Source: Octopus bimaculoides
Taxonomy: Eukaryota
Length of the DNA stretch: 64,000 nucleotides
NCBI RefSeq assembly: GCF_001194135.2
Contig: NC_068989.1
Coordinates: 38,837,041-38,901,040, forward strand
Reading direction: 5' to 3'
How positions within the stretch are numbered: the stretch's first letter is position 1; each line of letters starts with the position of its first letter. Below the pieces are notes generated by a model, which saw only the letters and a list, made by a program, of their open reading frames with translations, was not told the origin of the DNA and made no database searches. Shown piece by piece: positions 1-13,412 of the stretch. Made by a program: the position numbers and the translations under genes.

Positions 1-356
1 TAGCTGGTCCCTCTATTGGGTCGACATACGGCAGGCTCTCTTCCTCTCATTCATTCTCTTTATTAAGCAATCTATCGTAGTGGCATCTCCAGACCTCTTT
101 CTTTGCATCCTCATTTAGTGCAAGCGTACCATCATCCATGCGAACACATTTCTCTCCTACAACATCACTATTCTCTCTCCTACACTGTCTTGCAACACGA
201 AATACCTCGAGTCTTTGATCCTCACGGCGCAGAACATTGGCAAATCTTTTCTTATCTGCTTCCCATCTGGCTAAATAAACCTGTCGCCTAGCCTCCCTTC
301 TGGCACATTGGTACAATTCCCTGCTACCACCGTTCTTCCAGTCCTTCCAAGCCTAT
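1..356 (-). mobile_element. RTE-clade LINE ORF fragment (endonuclease-RT linker), cut by the window edge
   Basis: Minus strand reads AWKDWKNGGSRELYQCARREARRQVYLAR...DVVGEKCVRMDDGTLALNEDAKKEVWRCHYDRLLNKENE, then EESLPYVDPIEGPA, typical of the RTE linker. CpG-rich relative to its surroundings, so probably young. Confidence 0.85.
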
Positions 357-1929
357 GTATTAATTATTTAAAGAAATGATTTGTACAGACTTTATATGTT
401 TTTAATCTGCTGTATAGACGCTACATATTTACTTCCAGATTTCAAGAATGGAAATTTAATGATAATCCCATTAGTCTTAAATACATTTGATCAATCTAAA
501 GCACACTTTCCATAGTTTATTCACTGATAATGTGAAAGCCTCTGTATGGTCACTCAACCTCCTAGAAATTGTAACTAAATTTTTCCCCAGTTTAGATCAA
601 CAGTTTTAGAAAAAAGACACAATGTCCTGGATGCAAAATAACTGTAAAAAAAATATTGGAATAATCATAGATGGGATACTTTTGAACATATATCTGTTTA
701 ACCATGATTAACATGTGGCTAAACAACAAAAAACAGATATAGAAGCATTCAAGTAAACACACACACACACTTTTAAACTAATAGTAAGTTTAGAAGCAAG
801 CCAACAATGCCTTAGTGCAACAGCTAAGCAACTGGGAAATGTTGAAAGTGATAAAACTCAATTTCTTGGGAAGAAAACAACAAAGATAATGGGAATCTAT
901 ATTCTGGAGTTTCTTGAAGGACTCATGCCAAACACCAGTATTGAAATCTAACAAATCCTCAAACTAGTTACCACTGCATAATCCTGAATGTCTCACCTTC
1001 TCATTGAAATTCAGGATCACTGTAACAGCCTAGGATTCAAAGGCCCTCAATTTTGCATTTTCTTGCCAGAAAAATTGAGAAATCTGCATGGAGTGAATGT
1101 ACACACATCCAAAAAGCATCTGGTTGTTTTACTATTTGTGATTCCAGATGAAGCAACATTACTCCAAGAGATGCTACTGAAGGTAGCAGTAACAAACTCT
1201 TCCAACCACCAAAACTCTAAGAAACAATATAAATTGCATAGGTAGTGCTTCAACATGGTCACAGTCCAATAAAAGAATACATTTACACACACATATGCAC
1301 GAGCACACACACACACACGTATGTGTGTGTGTTTTGTACTTGCCTTCATTTCTGTTGGTAGATTTGTCATAACTCGGTGTTAAGAACCTCTTCAGTTTGC
1401 ATCCGTGTTCTTGTCTGTTGATGCATAAAATATCTGTCTCTTAGAAATTAATAACAACATTGAAGTTTCATATGTAAACAATGTATATTTTATTAATTTG
1501 TTATAAATTCTCTCTAATGAATTTGAGAAAAAAATATTGTTTGTACATCATTTATTAATTTTCCTTCAAACAAACTAACAGTAATAATAAATAAACAAAA
1601 TATATTTTGCACCACTCTTAATAATGGTGTATGTGTGTGTAATTGAGAAGCTTTTGAGAGGTGTAGAAGTCATGTTCAGGGTTGATGTCAATAAGTAGAG
1701 CATTAACAATATATTCATTGAGCTTGCAGTACATGCCAATCAGGTTTCAATTCTCAGTCACATTCTTCTTTATTTTAATTCCCTCGTCTGTAACAGAGTA
1801 GTTAAAGACCAGCTGATTATGAGAATATTTTTATTCAGGTGTTGATCTAGTTCTTGTAACTAAATCTGTTTAAAGAATTAGGGAAATAATTTCAAATGTG
1901 GAAGCAATGCCTATAATCAAAAGATCACA

Positions 1930-2620
1930 AATTAAACTTAGCAAAAACCAACTTAGTTTACAGGAAAGAAGAAGGAATGCTACAATCATCTAGAAATTTG
2001 TTATGCATATTCTGTAGAAAAAGAATGGACAGAAATTCCATACTCTGTGTCCAGTGGATGCAAAAGGATTTGCAAAAGTCAGGTTGACAGACTTGAAGAG
2101 TTTCACTTATAGCATATCTGCAGCAGTAATTAGCTTATCACTCATGAAATAAATTCTTTGACATGCTCAGAATGCTCTGTAGTAGTTGTTGATAGCTTCT
2201 GTTATTTAGGTAATCTAATTAGCAGTGGAAGAATGTGTTCTGAATGTTTAGTACCCAGAGCAAGAATGGAGAAGATAAGGCTAAGCGAGTTATGTCTTTG
2301 ATGACAACAAAAGGATTGTTTTTCTGAGAGAATAATAGATTGTATAATGCTCATGTTTTAATTGTGAAAATGTATGGCAGCAAAATATGCATCTTGAATG
2401 CACTAGGTGAGCAAAGGTTGAACAGAATGGAGTTGAACATGATCTGGTAAGAGAAAGTTTGAAAATAAGAGGTATTAGATGTAGTTTGTAGAAGAGGCAA
2501 TTGAACTGGTATGGACAAATAGGAAATGCTGTTTGGTAAACAACTGAAGGGAACCTTCAGAAGGAGAAGACCAAAAATGTAATTAAAAGTACGAAAGGAA
2601 AGTTATTAACAGAAGATTTT
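1930..2620 (+). mobile_element. Decayed RTE LINE, C-terminal part of ORF
   Basis: Frameshifted Cys-rich segment (CIFCRKRMDRNSILCVQW-like) followed by VVDSFCYLGNLISSGRMCSE and a MYGSK/LYGSETW-like motif; many stops. Confidence 0.75.
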
Positions 2621-5189
2621 TGGAGGTTGAACCTGATTAAAGTCATCCCTAGCTCATGCCTCACTGCAATGGTTTGTGGCTCAGTCAAGGATATCTGTAT
2701 AGGAGGATAAAATGAAAACTCATCTTATAAAAATGGTTATTAAGTTTCTAATTAAAGCTAGGTTGGTTGGAATTTGCATTAATGTAAATTTAGTTCTCTC
2801 TAAATCTACCCCTGGCATAACCATTTACATAACTTGTGACTGTGAGGCCATTCCAGAATTGTGTATGCTTCTTGACAGTGTTTTAGATAAATACTGAAAT
2901 GAAGTGCACAACCTCAATCTAACAGCTTGCACATTTCTTCAAACCTTGAGACAGGAAAACGTTGCCTTTAAAATAGGCCAGTGAGGAGACAAGCATATTA
3001 AACATGTAAGCAATCAGTGGATTTAACAAGAAATATAGGTACATAATGGATCCTCCAGCACAACTTCTAAAGTGAGCTAGGAAGAAGAAAATAACTTGGT
3101 TTAAACTGTTTAATCTTGATATCTGCAAATATAGAGGGAGCATTTCTCAAAAATTCATAAATAAATGCCACAAGCTTGTTTATGTTCACAGTTAGTTTAT
3201 TCTGTCAAAATAACATTTCTTTCAATATTGCTTGCTAAAATGCATACTGCAGCCTCTATTCCCTTGTCACACCTGCAAATGTTTAAACCAATCCATCATT
3301 CCTCAGCAAGCATTCTAACATTTTAAGACAGTGGTTTATAGGACAGCCTTCACTCCAACTGATGGTATCCAAAGATATTAAATCAGACACACAACCAATG
3401 ACTTCAAAAAAAGTTTCATTTACCATATGTACTCTTAGGTTCAGACATTAGGAAAACTCTACCACTTTGTCCCATTTTATTTACAGATGTTAGGATCAGG
3501 GATTTGGGCTTCACAGTATTAAATGGAGAAAGCTCAGCTTATGTCTTTGTTGCACATATTGAATTCCTTAATAAGAAGACTCTACTCTCATAGGACTGCC
3601 ATCAACAGTGCTTCCTATTAGTAGATTTTAAACCATTGTATGAGAGAAACTTTCTCACACTAGTGCTGAAAATCTACTTGCATCAGTGTTATTCCATATT
3701 CAGCTGCTGCTACGACTTCCAGTGGTCACTTAGTAGTCACCTAAAAAGTCACCATTAGATTAGCTAAGCAGACTATGTGATGTAAACTTTAACCTTATTA
3801 ATTATCCAATTACAATCAGTACTCCTTAAATTCCTAGCTTCTTTGACAATTAGATCAGCAGTATCTGTGAAACTTTGAGAACTGCAATATTAAGTCACAA
3901 ATTGTTATATACACAGACACACAAATTAACCTATCTAAGACTTTAACTACTCCTAACATAAAGTTCTATTGACCACTAATATATTTTTGTAACATAGAAA
4001 GAATATATATATTTATGTGTGTGTGTGTGTTATTAATATTTGACAGAAGTAACAGAGTAACTGAAGGGGTAAGAATTCCATGTGTTAGCACTTACAAAAC
4101 TTTGTGAATTAAAGTTTGATAAGTGCTAATGTACGAAACTCCCAACCCTTGAGTCACTCTGTTACCTCTATCAAACATTAATAGATATATATATATATTT
4201 ATATTCACGTTTTGAATTCTATTTTTCCTGCTTGCATTGCCAAACCTTTATGTGTATATGTATATATTCATATATGCATTTGTGTGTGTGAATGTGTTGT
4301 ATGTGTATGCACACACACACACACACACACACAATTGTTAACATTGTGTGTGCTTAAACCAAACAATTGTTTGTACATGTTCTTATATACATTTCTGAGT
4401 GAAACTAAACATTTTCACTGTTAAATATGTAGATGCATGTACGAACATATGCAAACACCCTGACACAAAACAACATTGGCAAGAAACAAACCTTGTTGGG
4501 TTCCAGGTAACTTTGTTTCATTTCTAATCAATATTCATAAGATACATCCATCCACAATGCTCCAAATCCACATCATGTGTAGATAAATCCACAAGGCATA
4601 TATAACACATTAACTCTGCATGATGTTTTATCCTCATTTACAATGCCCATTAATAAGACACAAGAAAAATTATTTAAGCCTCTAATGTATAGTGTTAAAC
4701 ATTTTTTCATTCTGTGTATTCTGTGAATATGCATATGAAAAATATTTTGCCATTAGAGATTTATCAATATTGGTAAGCTTTTCACATAATGATATTTGGA
4801 CAATGTCATCTTAACATGGATATTACAAGACACCCAAATTCACCACACTTTAATGGTTTTGGTAAATATTAGGCAGAACAACTAGAGAATAAATAAACAA
4901 ATATGCATTATGGAATGTTTTTCTTAAGTATAATAAATAATAAACACCTAAAAAAGATATAGAAATAATATACAGTATGCTTCAAATTATTTCTGCTGCT
5001 GTTTCGGATATATTTTCATAATGTATTTCATTGGGTATGAAAATATCTGATATTTGGTTAAATTTCTAAATGTTGCAGATATTAAGGTTATCATTTTCCA
5101 GACTATTTGCCTCATCTATAAGGTAAATATCGGCAATAAAATCATCATCATATTAAATCTGCTTCCTATGTTAGCATTGGTCTGACGTT

Positions 5190-5460
5190 TTAACAAGATC
5201 CCTTGTGTCATGCTCCAGTGTCTCAGTTTTGACATGGTTTGGTTTCAATGGCTGGAAGTCTTTCCTAATGGTTACCATTAATGAAGTGTACTGGGTACAT
5301 TTTTTTGTGGTACCAATACCCTAGAGGTTGTCTTAACATAAGCAAAACTGAAAACAACCCTATTTTTCTCTACCTGATTCACTGACCATTTTATGGAGTG
5401 TGCAGGGTACTTTATTCATGGTACTACCACTAGTGAGATCATCTTGTGAATTACTAGAGT
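5190..5460 (-). repeat. RTE-type 3' tail repeats (two decayed units)
   Basis: Resembles the reverse complement of the GGCGTTAGGAAGGGCATCCAGC motif of the tail at 63866-64000 (tggctggaagtctttcctaatgg). Confidence 0.5.
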
Positions 5461-5474
5461 AGAAAAGGATAGGA

Positions 5475-5514
<40 letters not shown>

Positions 5515-5639
5515 TTCAGGTGAAGTGCTGAGAGAGAGTAAGTTATGGTGAGCTGAATAAATTTTTCATAGTTAGAGGGTGGTAATGGAGAGAGTTCAGG
5601 AAGGGAGAATGGAATGGACAAAAGGGAGGAAGAAATTGA

Positions 5640-6040
5640 TGAGAAAGGGCGAGGGCCAGAGTATTACGTGTGGTGGTTAGGCTGGGCAGGTAGGAATCCA
5701 GTGCTATATTATAAAGGTAAATATGGATGGAAAGGAGAAAGAAATGAGGGTGTTGAAGATCTAGAGAGTCTATGGGGAGATGGTCAGGGAAGGAATGAAA
5801 AGTATGGGGATTGTGATGTCAACTAGTAAGAGCCAAATGAGAGTATGCTGAGGGAGCTGAGAAACCAGCCTGGGGGAGACAGCTGTAAGGCAAGGAGAGA
5901 GAAATGGGTGAATGCAGTGGAAAAATAAAAGCAGGCAAGTATCACAGAGATGAGGATAAAGTAAAGCAAAGGATAATGCAGTAAAATCATCCCAAGTAGA
6001 GAGTTTGAGAAGTCTGTAAGAGAAAAAAAGGTTGGGATGG
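5640..6040 (-). mobile_element. Possible heavily decayed Penelope-like GIY-YIG 3' end
   Basis: Hand translation gives LYLG...HLCDTCL...ILSFGSY*LTSQSPYFSFL, similar to the LYIG...HLRDIRL...LIFSLGSY.P.GLN..FSF pattern I recall from PLE endonucleases; weak and frameshifted. Confidence 0.3.
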
Positions 6041-6639
6041 AGCAACAGATGAATATAGTAAGAGCATCCCAGCTACCATCACTAATTTTTTAGCCTTCTG
6101 TCTACCATGGGTTCCTGAAGTGCCGCATGTTTCCAATTGTCATGGTTCTTTGTCATCTTTTTTTTTTGTGAGATTCAATAGCTTGAAATCAGTTTTCTTC
6201 AGTTCATCCCATATGTTTTGAAGCCTTTATCATTCTCCACATATATCATCCAGTTTGAGCTCTCATCACACTCTCTCAGGGTGTTAGATAACAGCCCGAT
6301 TATGTAACCCTGTGCTCCTCAAGGAGGGCAGTTATGGAAGAAAATATGGCGACTGCTCTCTACTGTTGGAGGTGAAATGAAACATCCAGTTTGTGGATGC
6401 TATGAAAAAGATGACAAACAAACCAAGCATGGGTTAAATTAAGAGTTATGTTCCTTGGCACCAAAAACGGCCTCTCGAAATGTTCCAAGGCAACGAGTCT
6501 CCTGGAAAAGTGAAAATGGTGAATGTGTGTATGTTTTAAGATTGGTGGTTATGTAGGGCTGGAATGTGTGCAGTGGTATTATATGTGTAGAGTTTTGTGG
6601 GGAGGGGGGGGGGTTAATGCTATACACTACACCAAGTCC

Positions 6640-6850
6640 ACTCTGAAAATGGTTGCTATTAGAAAAAGCATCCAACTCAGCCAGAGAAAAAGCCAAGAGA
6701 AAATGAAATGTACAAGTGGGATGTGATCCTCCAGTCCATATTGGAGAGCAGTAAGTCTGAATAAAAATCTGACTCAGACTTGAATAACTTGTCCAAGCCA
6801 AGCCAAGCCTACATGATAAGCAGACATAAAATGATGATAATGATGATAGT
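6640..6850 (+). repeat. Decayed RTE-type 3' tail
   Basis: aaaatggttgctattagaaaaagcatccaac ... ending in a (GAT)-rich tail. Confidence 0.4.
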
Positions 6851-6950
6851 TGTAGTATTGATGAAACTGTACAAGTGAAATGAATAATCTAGAAAAATAT
6901 TATTCCTTTGACTTATGAAGGATCATTGCAAATAATATTTTATAATCTTT

Positions 6951-7166
6951 AAGGTAGCAAGCTGGCTGAATGAATCATTAGCACACTGAGCAAAATTCTT
7001 AGAGGCACTTGTCTGTCTTCATGTTCTGATTCAAATTCCACCAAGGCTGACTTTGCTTTTCATCCTTTCAGGGTCAGCATAATAAGTAACAGTTGAGCAC
7101 TGGGTTTAATGTAATCAATTTATCATCTCACCCGAAATTGCTGGCCTTGTGCTAAAGTTTGAAATC
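6951..7166 (+). mobile_element. tRNA-derived SINE, family B, with target-site duplication
   Basis: Head aaggtagcaagctggctgaat, core gactttgcttttcatcctttcagggtc...aataagtaacagttgagcactgg. aatattttataat occurs on both sides (6934-6946 and 7167-7179). Confidence 0.85.
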
Positions 7167-7267
7167 AATATTTTATAATTTTACTCTCAGGCCAATTTCT
7201 CAAAGATAAGATTTAGATAATTTGCTAATGACAGTATCTTATAACTTGGGCTTATACAAAGGAGCAT

Positions 7268-7445
7268 CACCATGGTTGATTAACCTACTAGAAATAGTTC
7301 ACAATTTTTCCTCAAGTTACACCTTACTATTTTGTAAAAAGATGAGCAACATATTAGATGATGTTGCTCTTTATGCATAATGACCAGGAGAAATCATGGC
7401 TGAATTATATTTGGTCATAGGTAAGCTCAATCAAGACTGAAACTG
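7268..7445. repeat. Short dispersed repeat, family E (representative copy)
   Basis: Motif ctagaaatagc...aaatctccct...acaccct recurs near 540-620, 8600-8740, 46365-46450 and 50325-50460. Class not determined. Confidence 0.5.
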
Positions 7446-9829
7446 GTAACTCCTTTGATGATCCTAGAAAGAAAATATCTCAAACAACCTTGTTATTGCG
7501 TTCCATTCACTCACAATCAGAAGGACCAGAACTAGATTGGATAAACATCAATTCTAAAGCCACATTGTTTGCTCTAACTTCCATCATACTTTCTGTAAAA
7601 TATTTTATTTCAAGAATATTTTTTCAGAAATATACAAATCCTTCTCCATCATTTTTGACAGTTTATTCCCAACTGTACACAAATATATACAGAACATAAC
7701 TACATACACACACACGTGCACATAACCCCATATGATATTAAATACTTTGGACTTTTGGATTCCATTTATCAAATTTAATATCCTGTGATATTTCTCTAAA
7801 CTCATGGTTGTTGTCTCTCTATCTGGGTGAAATCTCCAAGACGTATCGAATATTACCTATGAAAAGCTTGGCAGCTAGTTTTTGTTGCTTATTGTCTGCC
7901 ACTGCGCTATCTTTTATCATGGTAGTAAGAGGGGAGAATGGCTAGTCAGGTTGTAACTTGTTAACATAAACTTTGAACAACTTCCTCTCAAATGACAGCA
8001 GTGAAGAATATTAAAATGTTTAGCTTTCAATAAAATTCTCCCATTTTTCCATTAGTGATGTTTCATTGCAATCGTTGGACTACCCTCACTTAACTTTTGT
8101 TATATTTTTGTCTTCTTTTATATTAATTTCCGTCTAACCAACAACAGTATTGAAAATAGACTTTAATAATTATTATGGTGGTGGTGATGATATCAGAAAT
8201 TATTATTATTATTATCATGTTATATTGATTTTTTAAAATTGTTGTTGTTGTCGTTTTCTGTTATATTATTATGTGTGATTTATGTAACTAGCACTGTGAA
8301 GTTATGCTAATTTCTCAGTGAACCGATTCCATTCATTTGGTTATGATTTTGAGTTGAAAGTACTTTACTGAAGTTGCTAGCATATCTTAGTTAACACAGT
8401 AATTTTACTACCTTTCATATCTCATTTTGTGGCTTTTTATGTTTAACTAAGCACTCATTATTTATGCATGATTCCTGGTTGATCTGTTTGCTGTAAATTA
8501 TTGAATATTGACCTGCTATCCTACATATAATTCCTTCACTCTCAAGTATCAATTCCTGATGAGTCAGCTACAATGGCGGAGTCTCTATAAATTGTGCAGT
8601 CTCTTAGAAATAGTAGCTAAATCTCCCTAAGGTCACATTTTAAAAGAAATAATGCATTACATAAGCTACTTCTAAGGTCATGGCTAGAATACTTTTAATG
8701 AGAATTCCTGATCAGGACAGACCCAGAATTAAACAATAACAATAACAGCCACAGCTACAGATGAATACCTTTAATGATAACTCTTGGTGAGTGCCCGACA
8801 GTGAATTATTTTCATCTTGACTGGTGGCATAGTAAGAGTTTTCAGCACTCAGGAGCAAAGATAATTTTAGTGTTTACCCCTCACCTTAATTAACCAATAT
8901 GATGGTGTAGAGGGAATTTTCCGTTCTTTTACAACCATACCTAGAGCTGCTGATCCCTATTCCCTCCACTTCCTATGCCTTTGTCTTTTTAATACCTTAA
9001 ACTGTTTTCTGACATGTATTTCTCTACATGAACCGTTTTATCTCCATTCCATAGTTCATTAATTCATTGGAGCTTGAAATATTTCCTGTTTTTGTTGCTT
9101 AAGAATTTTTCTCCCCAAATTTTTACTGTCACTAAAAATACAAGCGCCAAGGTAGAATATAGATTATTACTATATTCAATTTTTGTGACTGTAGTATCTT
9201 ACCTTTTTATATTTGCATTACTAGATTTTTCAGTAATGGCTTTTTAAAAAAAAATAATGTAGGTGATAGATATAAACAATTAAAATAGGCGTATTATCAT
9301 ACACTAAAGATAAGTAAAAGATAATAGAAAATAGAATTGAAGTCCAACTTGGAAAATGCATCTGCTAAACTTGGACATTACAGATCAGTCATCCAGTTCA
9401 GCTGCACTAGCTGGATATTGAGTGCATTTAGTAGAATTCATTCCATTCCAAACATTTTCCATACTTGCATGGATCAGACAGAATTTGTCGAGATAGATTT
9501 CCTGTAGCTGGATGTTCTTCCTGTCAGTAAACCACTCTTGTTTTCAAGCAAGTTAATATTTCCCCATGGTTGAATGTGCTTGCACTATTTGCATGATGGT
9601 GATGTTGTTCAGAATACATAATGTACATACACCACTCTAAAATATTGACAGGCTCTGTGTATCATGAAGGTAATAGAAGTTTGTTTAATACAGAATACAT
9701 CATTAGTGCTGCAATACTGGATTTCAAAACTTATGTTGTACAGGAAGACACACTTTTTCTGTCAATTTTAAGCACAAGGCCTGAAACGTTGAAGTAGGGA
9801 CTAGTTGATTACAAACTTCACTTCCTACT

Positions 9830-9975
9830 CTTGATCCTCTGTTCTTATTCTTTCTTATATTCAGTCTGAGAATACATCCTGACACCTTGTAATCTTGTCT
9901 GCAGCAAAATACCAATTCTTGTTGCTCTGTATACTTTAGCCTCTCAACATCTGGCATGAGGCCAAGTCCTTCTCT
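9830..9975 (-). mobile_element. Small RTE LINE C-terminal fragment
   Basis: ORF 9724-9957 begins DVERLKYTEQ...LRLNIRK, like the post-LYGSETW region of RTE. Confidence 0.45.
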
Positions 9976-9989
9976 GCTACACCCTCATT

Positions 9990-10215
9990 CAGATGAGGGT
10001 CTTCTTTTGTCTTGTGAGTTTCTTGGCTAGCCCACTAGTGCTAGTGCCATGAAAAAATGCACTCTGCAAAGTGATTGGCATTTTGGGAAGGCATCTGGTT
10101 ATAAAAACCATGCCCAAGCAGACATTGGGGCTTGACATAGCCCTCTGGTTCATCAGATCTTGTCAAACCATTCATCTCATGCAGTATGGAAAACAGACAT
10201 TAATTGATGATGATG
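9990..10215 (+). repeat. RTE-type 3' tail
   Basis: gcaaagtgattggcattttgggaaggcatctgg...atggaaaacagacattaattgatgatgatg; same family as 63866-64000. Confidence 0.6.
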
Positions 10216-10459
10216 GTAATTAGTGCACACACTTATGAAGCTGAAGGATATTGGAATCAAAATTCATCTTATTAATTGTATTATTGATGTGCAGAAAAGT
10301 TCCATCCTATATATGACAAAAATTCTAAGGAAGATTATTGAGGTTTGAGGAGACTTGTTGTCACCAAACCTCAGTAGAACGTCCCTGCTAATCAAATTTG
10401 TATGAAAGAACTTTTGTATAATTATAATAATAAAATTACTTGTTTCCAATTTAGACAAA

Positions 10460-10620
10460 AGGCCATTGACTTTGAGGGGAGGAATTAATAGATTAGATTG
10501 CTGCTAGTTCTTGGTATCTTAATGTATTCCCCAACTTCCAATGAACTAATGCAAAGTTGACATCAGCAGGATTTGAACTCAGAACATGAAAAGCCAGAAC
10601 AAACATTCATGACATTTCTT
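10460..10620 (-). mobile_element. Decayed SINE family B
   Basis: gcaaagttgacatcagcaggatttgaactcagaacat matches the minus-strand family B copy at 15207-15421. Confidence 0.5.
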
Positions 10621-11563
10621 TTTTTTTTTTTTTGACAATTTTGCCAAACCAATATCCAGTATAATAACAATAACAATAATAATAATGATAATGATAACAG
10701 TAAGACTTTACAAAATAAAAAAAATGCAATGAGTGATTTTGATTTTTGTTATTAAATAAAAGCGATGCATCAAATATCTAGAAACAGGAATAGCAACTTA
10801 ATACTATCCATAGACTTGCCATGATAGTATTAGTAATGGTGATTTAGTTGTTGTTGTTGTTGTTGTTGTCAGTGGTGAGGATGTATTTTTGCTGATGCTC
10901 TCTTTTGTAAGTTTGCTATTAGTGTAGCTGAATCGTAAACAATATTCCATGATTAAATTGCTATGGTTGGTCCTGATGCACATCTAAATATATTTTTAAT
11001 TTCATGTTGTGATCTACCAAAGCATATGGCATTCAAATCAAATAAACGTGTGTGCATGCATGTGTGTGCGTGTGCGTGCTTGTATATACACACTCACACA
11101 TATACACATACCTACTTACACATTTTAGCAATATAGTTTATGACATATATAATGTAAATAAGTGAATTGTATATGCTGCACACATAGTGTTGTCATCCAT
11201 TTTATATTCAGTATGCAATGAATGTTCAGATGGACACATTTTTACCAGCTTAGTAGATAACAATCACTTAAAATTTCCTTTTTTTTTCCTCTGACATCCA
11301 TGTAAATGAAAAGAAAAAAATTCAGTAAAATCATTTCCTAGTTTGAAATGATAAGTGACAAAAGTCTTTGGAAGTCCTCGAGACTCATTAAGCTAGTGCA
11401 TAAATCTAAATTCATTAGAGTTTAGCAGATCAAAGATGAATATGCTCCTGGATATGATACACATCTAGTGCAGACATCATTCCTAAAAGAATTGATTCCT
11501 GTTCTTAAAACTGTAGTGCACTCGAGCACTGTATATAACAGGCTTGTTATCATTGTTGTTATT

Positions 11564-11780
11564 AAGGTAGCGAGCTGGCAGAGTCATTACTATGCCAGAC
11601 AAAATGCTTAACAGCACTTCATCTGTCCTTATGTTCTGAGTTCTAATTCTGCTGAAGTCAACTTAGCTTTTTTATTTTTTGGGGGATTGATATAATAAGT
11701 ACCAGTTGAGCACTGGGGTCAATGCAATCGACTTAATCCGTGCCTTGAACATACTGGCCTAGTGCCAAAATTTAAAGCCA
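11564..11780 (+). mobile_element. SINE family B
   Basis: aaggtagcgagctggcagag head, gataTaataagtaccagttgagcactggggtc core, (ATT)n tail. Confidence 0.85.
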
Positions 11781-11796
11781 TTATTATTATTGTTAC

Positions 11797-12010
11797 TAAG
11801 TGAGTGAGTTGGCAAAATCATTAGCATATCAGGCAAAATGCTTAGGGGAATTTCAGCTGTCTTTGCATTCTGAGTTAAAATTCCACTGTGGTTGATTTTG
11901 CCTGTCATCCTTTTTGTGTCGATAAAAGAAATACCAGTGGAACACTGAGGTTGATGTAATCGACTTACTCCTTTCCCTGAAACTGCTAGCCTTGCACCAA
12001 CATTTGAAAT
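11797..12010 (+). mobile_element. SINE family B, directly after the previous copy's tail
   Basis: Same head and core, more diverged. Confidence 0.8.
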
Positions 12011-12029
12011 TATTGTCATTATTACTTTT

Positions 12030-12520
12030 ATAATCTTCTTCACCCAAGATTGATCTTATTCCTAGTAGAATTTATGTAGGCCGCAGGTTAACATCTGTAA
12101 CACTAGATATCCACATGCTTTCAATAAACCATTAAGTACACAAAACCCTTTGGATGATCTTACCTGTTTCTAAGAGGTAAACTTTCTGTAGATGCTCCGC
12201 AGGATATTCCACTCCAGCCTTCTTTATCTAGTTGTCTATTTCATCACTCACAGTCACAAATGCACCAGTTGCCACAGGTACAATCTTTACAGATTCCATG
12301 TTCCAAATCCTCACTCAGAAATTTTAAGAAATCTATCCAAAGATTGTACCATGTACTTCTTGCTTCCAAGTCCCTTTTTAAAAAACCTTCCAATGTAAAA
12401 CTTTCACAACTAGAGAATGTCTCAATTTCTAATATTCAGTGTAGTCAACTTGTGGCATTCTGGAGCAATATGTGTCACTGTGTCATCCTAAATTTCAAAT
12501 GCTCTACATTTTGCTGAAAC
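12030..12520 (-). mobile_element. Dong/R4-clade LINE 3' fragment (CCHC knuckle plus restriction-like endonuclease end)
   Basis: Minus strand by hand: KCRAFEI*DDTVTHIAPECHKL...VVKVLHW...VKIVPVATGAFVTVS...LQKVYLLETGKIIQRVL, matching the R4/Dong C-terminus. The 3' UTR runs into (AAT)-rich sequence at about 12010-12030. Confidence 0.75.
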
Positions 12521-12602
12521 CTCCCCATACAGATACTTTCCCAGTTGTTTCTTTTCATTACTTCATATTGAGTTGCTATAATTAGGCTCCCTGCTTCTTT
12601 TC

Positions 12603-12808
12603 TGCAAGTGGCACAATTGTTAGCATGCTGGGTGAAATGCTTAGCAGCATCTCGTCCATCTTTATGTTCTGAGTTAAAATTCCTTTGAGGTCAACTTTGC
12701 TTTTTATCCTTTTTGGGTCAATAAAATAAGTACTGGTTGAACATAGGGATCAATGTAGTCAACTTACTCCCTCCCACGAAATTGCTGGCCTTGTCCCAAA
12801 ATTTGAAA

Positions 12809-12810
<2 letters not shown>
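12603..12810 (+). mobile_element. SINE family B
   Basis: Core gaggtcaactttgctttttatcctttttgggtcaataaaataagtac; long (ATT)n/(GTT)n tail. Confidence 0.85.
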
Positions 12811-12843
<33 letters not shown>

Positions 12844-12858
12844 GTTGTTGTTGTTGTG

Positions 12859-13073
12859 AAGGCAGTCAGCTAGCAGAATCATTAGCATGCTGGATGAAAT
12901 GCTTAGTGGTATGTTGCCCATTGCTACGCTTTAAGTTCAAATCCTGTCGAGGTCAACTTTACCTTTCGTCCTTTTGGGATCAATAAAATAAGTACCAGTT
13001 GAACACTGGTGTCGATATAATCAACTTATCCCCTGCAAACAAAATTGCTGCCCTTGTAGAAAAATTTGAAACT
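12859..13073 (+). mobile_element. SINE family B, after the previous copy's tail
   Basis: aaggcagtcagctagcagaatc head and the same core. Confidence 0.85.
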
Positions 13074-13203
13074 GCTTATTTTTTTTTATCTTTCCATTAT
13101 TTGTAAATCCCAACACTTTATGTATTTCTTTGTATTTTCCCACTCAGCCTTCGCACTGGTGGCAAATAAAAGAACTCATCATCATCATCATCATCATTAT
13201 TAT

Positions 13204-13412
13204 AACAATCTGGCAGAATCATTTGTGAGTTAGACAAAATGCTGAGATTCATTTCTTCTAGCTCTGTACATATGTTCAGATTCCACCAAGATAAACTTTG
13301 CTTTGCATTCCTTCTGGTCAGCAAAATAAGAACCAGTTAAACACTGGAAGCAATGTAATCAACTTACTCCCTTTTCCTGTGAGTGCTGGTTTTGTACCAA
13401 AATTTGTAACCA
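13204..13412 (+). mobile_element. SINE family B, decayed
   Basis: ctggcagaatc...actttgctttgcattcc...aaaataagaaccagttaaacactgg. Confidence 0.7.

Noticed and set aside
790-1250. ORFs at 988-1245 and 1047-1370; faint resemblance to a hAT transposase C-terminus
   Set aside because: No motif I can name with confidence; the minus ORF starts in a microsatellite.
2919-3143. Minus-strand acceptor ttttcttcttcctag followed by LTLEVVLEDPL (RGS-like)
   Set aside because: That frame stops after 17 codons with no good donor, and no other exons support it.
8555-8590. cctgatgagtcagc motif
   Set aside because: No GAAA or closing stems downstream.
8884-8945. Possible minus-strand exon ending AAG/gtgagg
   Set aside because: The upstream sequence is purine-rich, so there is no credible acceptor.
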